A DNA stretch of 64,000 bases from Planctomycetota bacterium. Its GTDB lineage: Bacteria; Planctomycetota; MHYJ01; JACQXL01. Each line of letters begins with the position of its first letter. The first letter of the stretch is position 1. This document shows positions 1 to 8,650 of the stretch, one piece after another. The notes under the pieces were generated by a model. That model had not been told where the DNA came from and did not search any database. It worked only from the letters and a program-made list of their open reading frames with translations. A program made the translations under genes and the position numbers. Location of the stretch: NCBI GenBank assembly GCA_016235865.1, contig JACRIK010000018.1, positions 66,891 to 130,890 of the forward strand, given 5' to 3'.

Positions 1-390
1 GCCACGGAAGGCGTTTATCTCTGCGGCTTGGCGCATTCACCGAAGAATATAGATGAAAGTATTATTCAGGCCTGCGGCGCGGCTTCAAGGTCATCAACTA
101 TTTTAGGTAAGGATAGGATTGAACTTGATGCGATTGTCAGCGAGGTGGTTGACGAGAATTGCGATGGCTGCGCTTATTGCGTTGACCCCTGCCCGTACCA
201 TGCGCTGGCCTTGATTGAGTATGCCCGCGACGGGGCGATCAAGAAGACGATTGACCGTGATTTGGCGCTCTGCAAGGGATGCGGGGTCTGTCAGGCCACC
301 TGCCCCAAGGGTGGTATTGTGGTCAATAACTTTAAATTGCCGCAGATACAGGCGATGGTGGCCGCAGCATTAGAGTCGTCGACAACTTAA
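1..390 (+). CDS. hdrA: Heterodisulfide reductase subunit A, C-terminal part (5'-truncated by window)
   Basis: Open frame from base 1: ATEGVYLCGLAHSPK..., two ferredoxin motifs CDGCAYCVDPC and CKGCGVCQATC; directly upstream of mvhD. Confidence 0.9.
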   Translation, partial: ATEGVYLCGLAHSPKNIDESIIQACGAASRSSTILGKDRIELDAIVSEVVDENCDGCAYCVDPCPYHALALIEYARDGAIKKTIDRDLALCKGCGVCQATCPKGGIVVNNFKLPQIQAMVAAALESSTT

Positions 391-404
391 ATGAGGAGTA
401 GATT

Positions 405-857
405 ATGAGTGAGACACAAACTTCAACCGGGGAACAGACCGCGACTAATACATTTGAACCATTAATTATTGTTTACTGTTGTAACTGGTGTTCTTATGCC
501 GGCGCAGACTTGGCCGGGACATCACGTTTACAGTATCCGTCAAATATTCGCATTATCCGCGTAATGTGCTCAGGCATGGTTCATCCTAATTTAGTCGTGG
601 AGGCATTAACCAAAGGAGCTAATGGGGTTTTGATGTTGGGTTGCCATATCGGCGATTGCCATTATCTGGAAGGAAACTTAAAGGCCCAGGGGCGCATAGA
701 GGCCATCCAGCTTTTGCTGGATGATATGGGTGTGGAACGGGATCGGTTCCGGCTGGAATGGGTTTCGGCTTCGGAAGGCCCGCGCTTCGCCCAGGTTATC
801 AAGGATATGACAGAGCAGATAAAGAATCTTGGTCCCAGCTCGTTCAGGCAGTATTAG
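405..857 (+). CDS. mvhD: Hydrogenase iron-sulfur subunit MvhD ([2Fe-2S])
   Basis: CCNWCSYAGADLAG, RVMCSG, GCHIGDCHY, WVSASEG motifs; GAGGAG RBS. Confidence 0.95.
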   Translation: MSETQTSTGEQTATNTFEPLIIVYCCNWCSYAGADLAGTSRLQYPSNIRIIRVMCSGMVHPNLVVEALTKGANGVLMLGCHIGDCHYLEGNLKAQGRIEAIQLLLDDMGVERDRFRLEWVSASEGPRFAQVIKDMTEQIKNLGPSSFRQY

Positions 858-921
858 TTAGTTTAGTAGGAGCGCCCTATAGTAGGGCGTTGAGGCGGTG
901 GAGAGGGTAAAAGGAGTTAGT

Positions 922-1374
922 ATGAAGATAGACAATAACCTTCCACTATATTCTATTTCGGTTGTGGCCAAGCTCTGCTCGACTCCGATAAGGATGCTGC
1001 GAGAATATGAGAAACAGGGATTAATCAAACCGAAGAAGGTCAACCGGCGGCGCTTATTCACGGTTAACGAGGCGGGTTTTATCAAGGATATCAGATATTA
1101 TCTGGCCGAGAAAAGGATGACCATTAACGGGCTGAAGGAGTTTTATCTCAGGTCTTCTTGCTGGGAAATCAAGCAGTGCAACCGCCGGCAATGTCCGGCC
1201 TACGGTAAATTAGACAAGCAATGCTGGGAGGTAGTGACGCACCATAAAATATGCGACGGTAAGGCTTGTCCCTCTTGTCCGATTTTTATTATTAAGACGT
1301 CTTTATGTGGTAAGCAAAACAAGAAATACGAGAGCCACTTTGCCTACGAGGCGGGTGGTGTTAGAGCCAAATGA
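922..1374 (+). CDS. MerR-family regulator with Cys-rich two-CW-like C-terminal domain
   Basis: YSISVVAKL...LREYEKQGLIKP MerR HTH; C-terminus CWEIKQC...CPAY...CWE...C...CPSCP; AAGGAG RBS before ATG 922. Confidence 0.8.
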   Translation: MKIDNNLPLYSISVVAKLCSTPIRMLREYEKQGLIKPKKVNRRRLFTVNEAGFIKDIRYYLAEKRMTINGLKEFYLRSSCWEIKQCNRRQCPAYGKLDKQCWEVVTHHKICDGKACPSCPIFIIKTSLCGKQNKKYESHFAYEAGGVRAK

Positions 1375-1377
1375 ATC

Positions 1378-1439
1378 ATCCCGATAAAAACTATCGGGAT
1401 AACTGGCTGTAAAGCTCCTTCGTCGCTAACAGCCAGTAA
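1378..1439 (+). repeat. CCCGA-hairpin plus TAA-N6-GTAA..TAAC-N6'-TAA element (arms CTGGCT/AGCCAG)
   Basis: Read directly; final TAA runs into the RBS of the 1451 gene. Confidence 0.75.
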
Positions 1440-1450
1440 GGAGTTAAAGT

Positions 1451-1645
1451 ATGCCAATAAATTACCGCGTTATCAGCAACAAGAAATATATGTGGGACGG
1501 CAAGGTCTATGACAACGAGGGTGATGCCCTTAATGCCGCATCTGGTTACAAGAAGGATAACTTTGACGTCCAATTAATCCAGGAGGAAGGCAAACATTAT
1601 ATTTATACTCGGCGTGTGGCTGCCGCGTCAACTACCGCGAGTTAA
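1451..1645 (+). CDS. Small hypothetical protein in mvh operon
   Basis: AAGGAG RBS, 64 aa, KKYMWDG...YTRR; lies between regulator and mvhG. Confidence 0.75.
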   Translation: MPINYRVISNKKYMWDGKVYDNEGDALNAASGYKKDNFDVQLIQEEGKHYIYTRRVAAASTTAS

Positions 1646-1678
1646 AGAATAATATTATAAACCCGAAAGGAGGGAAAT

Positions 1679-2677
1679 ATGCCAGTAAGAGTGGCTGAAG
1701 AGTGGCTGAACATCTGTGGCGGATGTGAAGTTACTATTTTGGACATAGGCGAACCGCTCTTGGACCTTCTGCCCCAGTTGGAGTTCGTGCACATCCCGGT
1801 GCTGGCGGACAACAAATACTTCGGGCAGGTCGGCGAGAAGAGCGCTATGGAGATTCCCCAGGCAGATGTGGGAATCATCTCCGGCGGTATCCGCAATGAA
1901 AAGGAAAAGCATGTGGCTGAGGAAATGCGCAAGAAGTGCAAGACCATTGTTGCGCTCGGCTCCTGCGCCTGCTTTGGCGGAATTCCGGCTATGGCGAACA
2001 TGTGGAATCTGCAGGGCCTTTATGACAAGGTCTATCGTGACAGCGTCACGACAGAGAAGGGCGAGACCCCCAAGGAAAACCTACCGCCACTCCTTGACAG
2101 GGTATATGCTTTGGACGAGGTGATTAAGGTTGATGTGGCCATCCCCGGCTGCCCGACGTCTCCGGACTGGGTGGTCGGCGCATTGACTTCTCTTCTGACC
2201 GGCAAGCCTTTTGTCATGCCGGAAAAGAGCGTCTGTGATGAATGCCCGACCAAGCGGGAGAAGAAAGCCGCCGGCGGCCAGATTAAGAGACCTTTGGAAT
2301 CGATTACCTTTAAGCAGGGTGAGCCATGGGAAAATACCCGTTGCTTTATGGAACAGGGATTCCTTTGTCTGGGTCCTGTGACCAAAGCCGGATGCGCCGG
2401 TGGGACCACCGAGCCAGGTGAATCAAAAGTGCCACGTTGCATCAAGGGCTATATGCCTTGCCGCGGCTGTTTTGGGCCAATCCGCAAAGGCGCCAATCCA
2501 TTGGTTGATATGATGACGGCGATTTCCTCAATCGGACTAGATGCCAAACAAGTTGCAGACCGCAGGGCTTTGCTTAACAGGTATATCGGCGGTCAGGGAC
2601 GCTTGAAGCCCATACCTGAACCAAAGGGTGGAGCCCAAGCACAGAAAGGAGGCGCAGAATGCCAGGCAAGACCATAA
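1679..2677 (+). CDS. mvhG: F420-non-reducing [NiFe] hydrogenase small subunit
   Basis: CGGC, ALGSCACFGG, IPGCP, VCDEC, CLGPVT, PCRGC motifs. Confidence 0.92.
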   Translation: MPVRVAEEWLNICGGCEVTILDIGEPLLDLLPQLEFVHIPVLADNKYFGQVGEKSAMEIPQADVGIISGGIRNEKEKHVAEEMRKKCKTIVALGSCACFGGIPAMANMWNLQGLYDKVYRDSVTTEKGETPKENLPPLLDRVYALDEVIKVDVAIPGCPTSPDWVVGALTSLLTGKPFVMPEKSVCDECPTKREKKAAGGQIKRPLESITFKQGEPWENTRCFMEQGFLCLGPVTKAGCAGGTTEPGESKVPRCIKGYMPCRGCFGPIRKGANPLVDMMTAISSIGLDAKQVADRRALLNRYIGGQGRLKPIPEPKGGAQAQKGGAECQARP

Positions 2678-4107
2678 CTATTGCGCCGGTCAGCCGAATT
2701 GAAGGTCACGCCAAGATAACCATTCAACTGGATGACGGCGGCAATGTCCAAGATACATGGGTAAATGTCGTGGAACTCAGAGGTTTCGAGAAGTTCTGCC
2801 TGGGCCGGCCTGTGGAAGAGATGCCTCGTATCGTCACGAGCATCTGCGGTGTTTGTCCCTGGTCGCATCATCTGGCGGCAGCCAAGGCCTGCGATGCGGT
2901 TTTCGGGGTGGCACCGACTCCGACCGGGGCAAAACTGAGAGACCTCTGCAACAGTATTGCCTATACCGAGGAGCATATCCTGCATTTCTTCTTCCTGGGC
3001 GGTCCGGATTTCGTAATGGGACCGGATGCCGATCCGTCAGTAAGAAATGTCATTGGGATTGCCAAGGCCAATCCTGAGATAGGCAAGAAGGTGGTTCGTA
3101 ACAGGCACCTGGGCGCCAGGATGCTTAACATCGTTTCCGGTAAGTCCATTCATCCGGTCACAGCGGTTCCGGGCGGATTCTCCAAGCCGCTTACCGAGGA
3201 TGAACGCAAAAAGGTCCTGCCCATGGCTGAAGAGGTATTGGAGTTTGCTAAGTTCTCCATCAAGTTTGCTAAGGAGAGCATCTTCCCCAAATACCTTGAT
3301 GTTGTAAAGACCTTAGCGGTCATTAAGACTGGATTTATGGGAACGGTGGACAAGGATGGAGCGCTTAATTGCTATGACGGTAAAATCAGATTGATGAAGC
3401 CGGATGGCACATACACCGATTTTACCTATGACAAGTACACGGATTACATCGAGGAGAAAATCCTTAACTGGTCATATCTCAAGTTCCCGTATGCCAAGAC
3501 CTGGGGTGAGGGCTTCTCTATGGATTTGAACAATCCTAAGGGAATCTACCGGACCAATACATTGGCCCGCATTAACGTGGCGGAAAAAATGGCTACCCCG
3601 CTGGCGCAGAAGGAATTTGAGGAATTCCGCAAGAACTTCGGCCGACCGGCCCAATTGACCCTGCTTTATCACTGGGCCAGATTGATTGAACTCCTGTATC
3701 ATGCGGAACATGCGGTGGAACTCCTGAACGATAAGGATATCACAGGCAAGGAGACCCGGGTGAAGGTAACGCCCAGGGCCGCACGTGGAGTAGGTTGCGT
3801 GGAAGCGCCCCGCGGGACGCTGATTCACGACTATACCACCGATGCGGACGGTCTCTTGACTAATTGCAATCTGATAGTTGGCACCACCCACAACAATGCC
3901 GCGATTAATATGTCCGTCAAGCAGGCGGCCCAACTCCTGATTAAAGGCGGAAAATATGATCAGGGTATGATGAATAAGGTGGAGATGGCTATCAGGGCTT
4001 ATGACCCCTGTCTGTCTTGCGCGACGCATAATCTTGACGGGACTTTACCTGTTAAGGTTACCATTATGAATGCCAAGGGCAAAGTGGTTGATACACTGGT
4101 AAACTAA
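2659..4107 (+). CDS. mvhA: [NiFe] hydrogenase large subunit, group 3c (MvhA-type)
   Basis: RIEGH, L1 ICGVCPWSH, EAPRGTLIH, L2 RAYDPCLSCATH with cleavable C-terminal tail. Confidence 0.95.
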   Translation: MPGKTITIAPVSRIEGHAKITIQLDDGGNVQDTWVNVVELRGFEKFCLGRPVEEMPRIVTSICGVCPWSHHLAAAKACDAVFGVAPTPTGAKLRDLCNSIAYTEEHILHFFFLGGPDFVMGPDADPSVRNVIGIAKANPEIGKKVVRNRHLGARMLNIVSGKSIHPVTAVPGGFSKPLTEDERKKVLPMAEEVLEFAKFSIKFAKESIFPKYLDVVKTLAVIKTGFMGTVDKDGALNCYDGKIRLMKPDGTYTDFTYDKYTDYIEEKILNWSYLKFPYAKTWGEGFSMDLNNPKGIYRTNTLARINVAEKMATPLAQKEFEEFRKNFGRPAQLTLLYHWARLIELLYHAEHAVELLNDKDITGKETRVKVTPRAARGVGCVEAPRGTLIHDYTTDADGLLTNCNLIVGTTHNNAAINMSVKQAAQLLIKGGKYDQGMMNKVEMAIRAYDPCLSCATHNLDGTLPVKVTIMNAKGKVVDTLVN

Positions 4108-4118
4108 AAAGGACAAAA

Positions 4119-4151
4119 ATAGGGGCGTCCCGGCTAATGGGGCGCCCCTAT
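4119..4151 (+). terminator. Stem-loop after mvhA (terminator or mRNA stabiliser)
   Basis: ATAGGGGCGTCCC-loop-GGGGCGCCCCTAT; no clear U-tract. Confidence 0.45.
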
Positions 4152-4160
4152 ATACCCATT

Positions 4161-4712
4161 ATGGAAACATCTGATTATTATAGTAAGAATATATTGGTGC
4201 TGGGTTGCGGCAATATCCTTTACGGCGATGACGGATTCGGGCCGGATGTGGCCGATTATATTTCAAGCAATTATAAGATACCGGAAAATGCCGCGGTGGT
4301 AAACCTGGGTTTATCCACCCGGGGATTTATATTTGATATTTTATTGAGCGAACAGAGGCCAAAATGTATTGTGGTGGTCGATGCGGTTACCTGTGAAGGT
4401 AAGAAGCCGGGCGAGATATTCGAAATTCCGCTGGATAATCTCTGCAAGGAAAAGGTAGACGATTTCTCGTTCCACCAGGGACCGACATCAAATCTGCTTA
4501 GGGAATTAAGGGATATCTGCGGTGTTGGGATAGTGATTCTGGCCTGCCAGCCGCAGGGGATTCCCAAGGAAATGACCAGGGGGCTGTCAGAGCCGCTTAA
4601 GAAATCGGTTATTAATATGAGCGAGCTTATTTATAATAGATATTTGAATCATGAAATAAACAAGGAGAATTTGAAATATGCCAACCCAAGCAACTGTAAT
4701 GCCCGATGCTAA
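4161..4712 (+). CDS. Hydrogenase maturation protease
   Basis: VLGCGNILYGDDGFG, VVDAV, FSFHQ; ATG 4161 preferred because 4137 lies inside the hairpin. Confidence 0.9.
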   Translation: METSDYYSKNILVLGCGNILYGDDGFGPDVADYISSNYKIPENAAVVNLGLSTRGFIFDILLSEQRPKCIVVVDAVTCEGKKPGEIFEIPLDNLCKEKVDDFSFHQGPTSNLLRELRDICGVGIVILACQPQGIPKEMTRGLSEPLKKSVINMSELIYNRYLNHEINKENLKYANPSNCNARC

Positions 4713-5244
4713 GTTCCTTAAACAGATGGACGATAAAATCAAGGTAAATGTCAATCTGTGTTTCCAGTGCCGGAAGTGTTCGGCCGGATGCCCGATGGCT
4801 TATGCCATGGACTATACTCCGGCTCAGCTTATCCACGCCATTCGCCTGGGATTGAAGGATATTGTCATTAACAGCAAGACTATGTGGATGTGCTCTTCCT
4901 GCCAGACCTGCACGACCCGCTGCCCGCAGGAGGTTGATATTGCCAGGGTGATGGATACGGTCAAGATCCTTGCGGTGGCCGAGGGGATTAAACCCCCAGT
5001 TTCCAGCGTGCATACGTTCAATAAGGCGGCCTTGCGCAACATCAAATGGCTGGGCCGGATGTATGAACTGGGCATGATTGGCGACCTGAAGATGCGCACC
5101 TTTGAGTTCTTTAAGGATATGGGCTTGGGCATGAAGATGTTTATGAAGGGCAAACTGAAGATTATTCCTTCGGTTTCCCCGGGCCGGACCCTGACCACCT
5201 GGAAGATATTCTCCAGGTCTGCCAAGAAAGATAGGAGTAACTAA
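4678..5244 (+). CDS. hdrC: Heterodisulfide reductase subunit C
   Basis: CFQCRKCSAGCP and CSSCQTCTTRCPQ. Confidence 0.92.
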   Translation: MPTQATVMPDAKFLKQMDDKIKVNVNLCFQCRKCSAGCPMAYAMDYTPAQLIHAIRLGLKDIVINSKTMWMCSSCQTCTTRCPQEVDIARVMDTVKILAVAEGIKPPVSSVHTFNKAALRNIKWLGRMYELGMIGDLKMRTFEFFKDMGLGMKMFMKGKLKIIPSVSPGRTLTTWKIFSRSAKKDRSN

Positions 5245-6104
5245 TGAATACAAAATATGCTTATTATCCGGGCTGTTCGCTGCATTCCACCGGCGCTGAA
5301 TATGATGTGTCATTCAAGAAGGTGGCCGGGAAGTTGGGAGTAGAACTGGCCGAGGTTCCGGGCTGGGTTTGCTGCGGGACTTCACCGGCCCATAGCGCTT
5401 CACATCTCCTGTCCATTGCCTTGCCGGTTAAGAATCTTTCCCTGGTTGAGACCATGGCTAAGGACGTGGTGGTTCCCTGCGCGGCCTGCTATTCCAGGTT
5501 TAAGTTCGCCACCTATGAAATGGGGCACGACAATAAATTGGCCGAGGATGTCAAGGAGGTTATCGGTTCATCATTCCAGAATAAAGTCAAGGTCTTACAT
5601 CCGCTGGAAATATTCGCTCAGATACCTCCGGACGCATTAAAAGCTCAGGTTAAAGAAAACCATAAGGACAAGGCGTTAAAGGTAGTGTGTTATTACGGCT
5701 GTCTGCTGACCAGGCCGCCCAAGGTAATGCAGTTTGACGATGTGGAATACCCGATGACCATGGACAAGGTTCTGGAAAATACCGGTTATCAAATCCTGGA
5801 CTGGTCTTATAAGACCGATTGTTGCGGCGCCAGCTTTGCCCTGAGCGAAACCGATGCGGTTCTGACCCTGACCCAGAAGATTCTCAAGAACGCCAAAGAG
5901 GTCGGGGCTGATGCCATTGCCGTGGCCTGTCCGCTCTGCCACGCCAATCTGGACACCAGGCAGACGGATATTAATGCCAAATACAATACCGATTACAACA
6001 TCCCGATATATTACTTTACCCAACTGATGGGTCTGGCATTCGGTTATAGTCCCAAGGAAATGGGAGTAAATAAGCATTTGACAGAAGCGACAATGAACGT
6101 TTAG
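5244..6104 (+). CDS. hdrB: Heterodisulfide reductase subunit B
   Basis: YYPGCSL, two CCG domains, YYGCLL, ACPLCHANLD. Confidence 0.94.
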   Translation: MNTKYAYYPGCSLHSTGAEYDVSFKKVAGKLGVELAEVPGWVCCGTSPAHSASHLLSIALPVKNLSLVETMAKDVVVPCAACYSRFKFATYEMGHDNKLAEDVKEVIGSSFQNKVKVLHPLEIFAQIPPDALKAQVKENHKDKALKVVCYYGCLLTRPPKVMQFDDVEYPMTMDKVLENTGYQILDWSYKTDCCGASFALSETDAVLTLTQKILKNAKEVGADAIAVACPLCHANLDTRQTDINAKYNTDYNIPIYYFTQLMGLAFGYSPKEMGVNKHLTEATMNV

Positions 6105-6119
6105 GCAAAGGAGGCTATT

Positions 6120-6368
6120 GTGCACGAATGGGGATTGACGGCTGATGTGGTGGAAGAGGTTAAGAAACAAGCCGCTAAGAATGATATTGTTAAGGTAACC
6201 AAGGTTCAGATTGGCCTGGGGAAAAAGGCCGACCTGAGCGAAAGAGCATTCCGGACCTGCTTTAAGGTCCTGGCCAAGGAAACTATTATGGAAAAGGCGC
6301 GGCTGGCTTTTACCAAAAGACCGGACCATATTATCATCGTGAATACTATCGAGGGTAAGCAAGAGTGA
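6120..6368 (+). CDS. hypA: HypA-like nickel chaperone lacking the Zn-finger
   Basis: N-terminal MHE motif, KVTKVQIGLG, GGAGG RBS; no CxxC pairs. Confidence 0.8.
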   Translation: MHEWGLTADVVEEVKKQAAKNDIVKVTKVQIGLGKKADLSERAFRTCFKVLAKETIMEKARLAFTKRPDHIIIVNTIEGKQE

Positions 6369-7744
6369 AGACGGCACAATCCATTATTAATGAAGAAGCT
6401 TTAAGCAGGATGCTCTCTGAAAGCCAGGATTCTGCGCCGGCGGCCATCCGCCGTATCATAGCCAAGGCCCGCCTTAAAAAGGGATTAACCGTAGAAGAAG
6501 TCGCCTACCTGGTTAATATTAAGGATAAATCGTTATTAAAGGAACTCTTTGAGACGGCCGCCCTGATTAAGCAGGAGATTTACGGTGAGCGGTTGGTTTT
6601 CTTTGCGCCATTATACGTCTCTGATTACTGCGTCAATGACTGCGCATATTGCAATTTCCATACCCGGAATAAGGAATTATCGCGCCGGCGGCTGACCCTT
6701 GACGAAGTAGCCCAGCAGGCCGAATTTATCATCAATCACGGCCATAAACGGATTCTTCTTGAATTAGGCGAAGACCCGGCCCATAATGAGATTGATTATG
6801 TGGTTGACGTGATTGACCGGATATACTCGGTCCGGACTCCCAAGGGCAATATCCGGCGTGTCAATGTCAATATCGCGGCCACTACCGTGGATGATTACCG
6901 GAAACTAAAGTCCGCCAAAATCGGCACCTATCAGCTCTTCCAGGAAACCTACCACCGACCGACCTATGAGAAACTGCACCAAGGCCCCAAGGCCGATTAT
7001 GACCGCCAGATAACCGCCCATACCCGGGCCTTCGAGGCCGGGGTTGACGATGTGGGCCTGGGTGTTCTCTTCGGTCTTTATGACTGGCGTTTTGAGACGC
7101 TGGGCCTGGTGGCGCACGCCTTGTATCTGGATCAGACCTACGGAGTAGGTCCGCATACTATTTCCGTGCCGAGAATCTGCCCGGCCAGCAGCGTGGATTA
7201 TAAACCGGAATACCCGGTCTCTGACAATGATTTCCTGAAGCTTATTGCTATATTGCGTCTGGCCGTGCCCTATACTGGGATGATTATCTCCACCCGTGAA
7301 AGTGCTGAGATACGAAAGATTGCTTTTAAGATAGGCATTTCCCAGGCCAGCGCCGGCTCGGTCACCACCACCGGCGGCTACGGCAAGGCATCACTGCAGG
7401 CCCAGTTCACGGTCCACGACAACCGTTCTTTGGAAGAGGTTATCCGTGAAGTGATTAAGGACAAGATGATACCCAGTTTCTGCACGGCCTGTTACCGGAG
7501 CGGCCGGACCGGCGAACGGTTTATGAAACTATCCAAGCCCGGTGAAATCCACAAATTCTGCCGGCCTAATGCGCTGCTGACCTTTGCCGAATACCTCTAT
7601 GATTGCACCACCAACGGCATTACGGAATCAGGAATGCAGCTCATCGTGGATTATCTGGAGCAGATAGAAGACGAGCCGATTCGCGCCGAAACCCGCCGGC
7701 GCCTGGCCGATATCAAGAACGGCAAACGCGATTTGTATTTTTAG
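6365..7744 (+). CDS. hydG: [FeFe]-hydrogenase H-cluster radical SAM maturase HydG
   Basis: FAPLYVSDYCVNDCAYC (CX3CX2C), LFQETYH, GPHTISVPR, C-terminal CTAC-X22-C auxiliary cluster motif. Confidence 0.9.
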   Translation: MKTAQSIINEEALSRMLSESQDSAPAAIRRIIAKARLKKGLTVEEVAYLVNIKDKSLLKELFETAALIKQEIYGERLVFFAPLYVSDYCVNDCAYCNFHTRNKELSRRRLTLDEVAQQAEFIINHGHKRILLELGEDPAHNEIDYVVDVIDRIYSVRTPKGNIRRVNVNIAATTVDDYRKLKSAKIGTYQLFQETYHRPTYEKLHQGPKADYDRQITAHTRAFEAGVDDVGLGVLFGLYDWRFETLGLVAHALYLDQTYGVGPHTISVPRICPASSVDYKPEYPVSDNDFLKLIAILRLAVPYTGMIISTRESAEIRKIAFKIGISQASAGSVTTTGGYGKASLQAQFTVHDNRSLEEVIREVIKDKMIPSFCTACYRSGRTGERFMKLSKPGEIHKFCRPNALLTFAEYLYDCTTNGITESGMQLIVDYLEQIEDEPIRAETRRRLADIKNGKRDLYF

Positions 7745-7856
7745 TCGCGGTTTGAACGCAATTAATTACTGCGACTTATCCTGAGCAAAGCGAATGGTTA
7801 GGGCGAATTACAGCCCCTTATCCTGCATCAGCGGGGTCCCGATGCATATCGGGGTT
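7741..7856 (-). repeat. Composite REP-like cluster: TAA-N6 element (7741-7778), CATTCGCTTTGCTCAG motif, CCCGA hairpin
   Basis: Minus strand TAA-GTCGCA-GTAA...AAAC-CGCGAC-TAA; CATTCGCTTTGCTCAG also at 31230 and 35965. Confidence 0.65.
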
Positions 7857-8044
7857 AAGCCATTTAGAATTCTTTCAGTATAAACCCCACAAAGGGATAA
7901 ACCCTAAATTCCACCTTGGTTCCTGTCATAATCCGAGCATAATTATCATGTCTTTTTTATATAACTCATTATGCTATAGAATATTGTATAAAATATTACT
8001 CTGCAAAACTAGGGGGAGGGGGTATGGTGGGGGGTAGTACCCTT

Positions 8045-8308
8045 GGCGCTACGGAGGTACGTTATCGGCCCGACGGAGGTACGTCACCGGCACTACCGAG
8101 GTGCATTCCAGGCGCTACAGAGGCATATTCTAGGCGCTACAAAGGTATATTCCAAGCGCTACAAAGGTACATTCCAGGCGCTACAAAGGTATGCTCCAGG
8201 CGCTACGAAGGTATGCTTCTGGCGCTACGAAGGTATGCTTCTGGCGCTACAGAGGTATGCTTCCGGCACTACGGAGGTATGCTTCCGGCGCTACGGAGGC
8301 ACGTCACC
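8045..8308. repeat. Tandem array, 12 x 22 bp, consensus GGCGCTACRRAGGTAYRYTYCN
   Basis: Units start every 22 bp from 8045 to 8287 with substitutions but no indels. Confidence 0.92.
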
Positions 8309-8529
8309 GGCACTATCATCGGTGTATGCTCACCATCCCTATAGGGTGGTAAAAAAAGAGGTTATTTATTGGTTTTTACTGAGAAGGAATCGGTAAAATA
8401 CTTAGTTGGCTTTCATTTATCTATTTACAGATAATTCGTCAGCATCATCGGCGAGGTCATAGCGGTTAGGGGGTGAGGTGATAGTGGTCAGATAGTTTTT
8501 ATCAATCATTAAAATACCATTTTTATTGA

Positions 8530-8650
8530 CCCCGTTAGAGATGTTTAATATACTAAATGATTAGTAGTATCAGGATATTTAGTAATGGTGATTAGTAACA
8601 AGATACTGGTAATACGGTCATCCCGATGGAATGACCTATCTCTAACGGGG
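8530..8650. mobile_element. MITE-like element, TIR CCCCGTTAGAGAT, flanked by TTGA direct repeats
   Basis: TTGA|CCCCGTTAGAGAT...ATCTCTAACGGGG|TTGA; related inverted copy at 39773-39895. Confidence 0.75.

Noticed and set aside
405..4107. Selenocysteine recoding in mvhD/mvhA
   Set aside because: Relevant positions are Cys codons; no in-frame TGA
6365..7744. ThiH (thiamine biosynthesis)
   Set aside because: Has the HydG-specific C-terminal CX2CX22C extension; no thi genes nearby
8045..8308. CRISPR array
   Set aside because: Contiguous 22-bp units with no unique spacers; no cas genes; same applies to 33355-33728
8024..8396. ORFs 8024-8344 and 8043-8396 as genes
   Set aside because: Overlapping frames created by a non-triplet repeat, no convincing RBS
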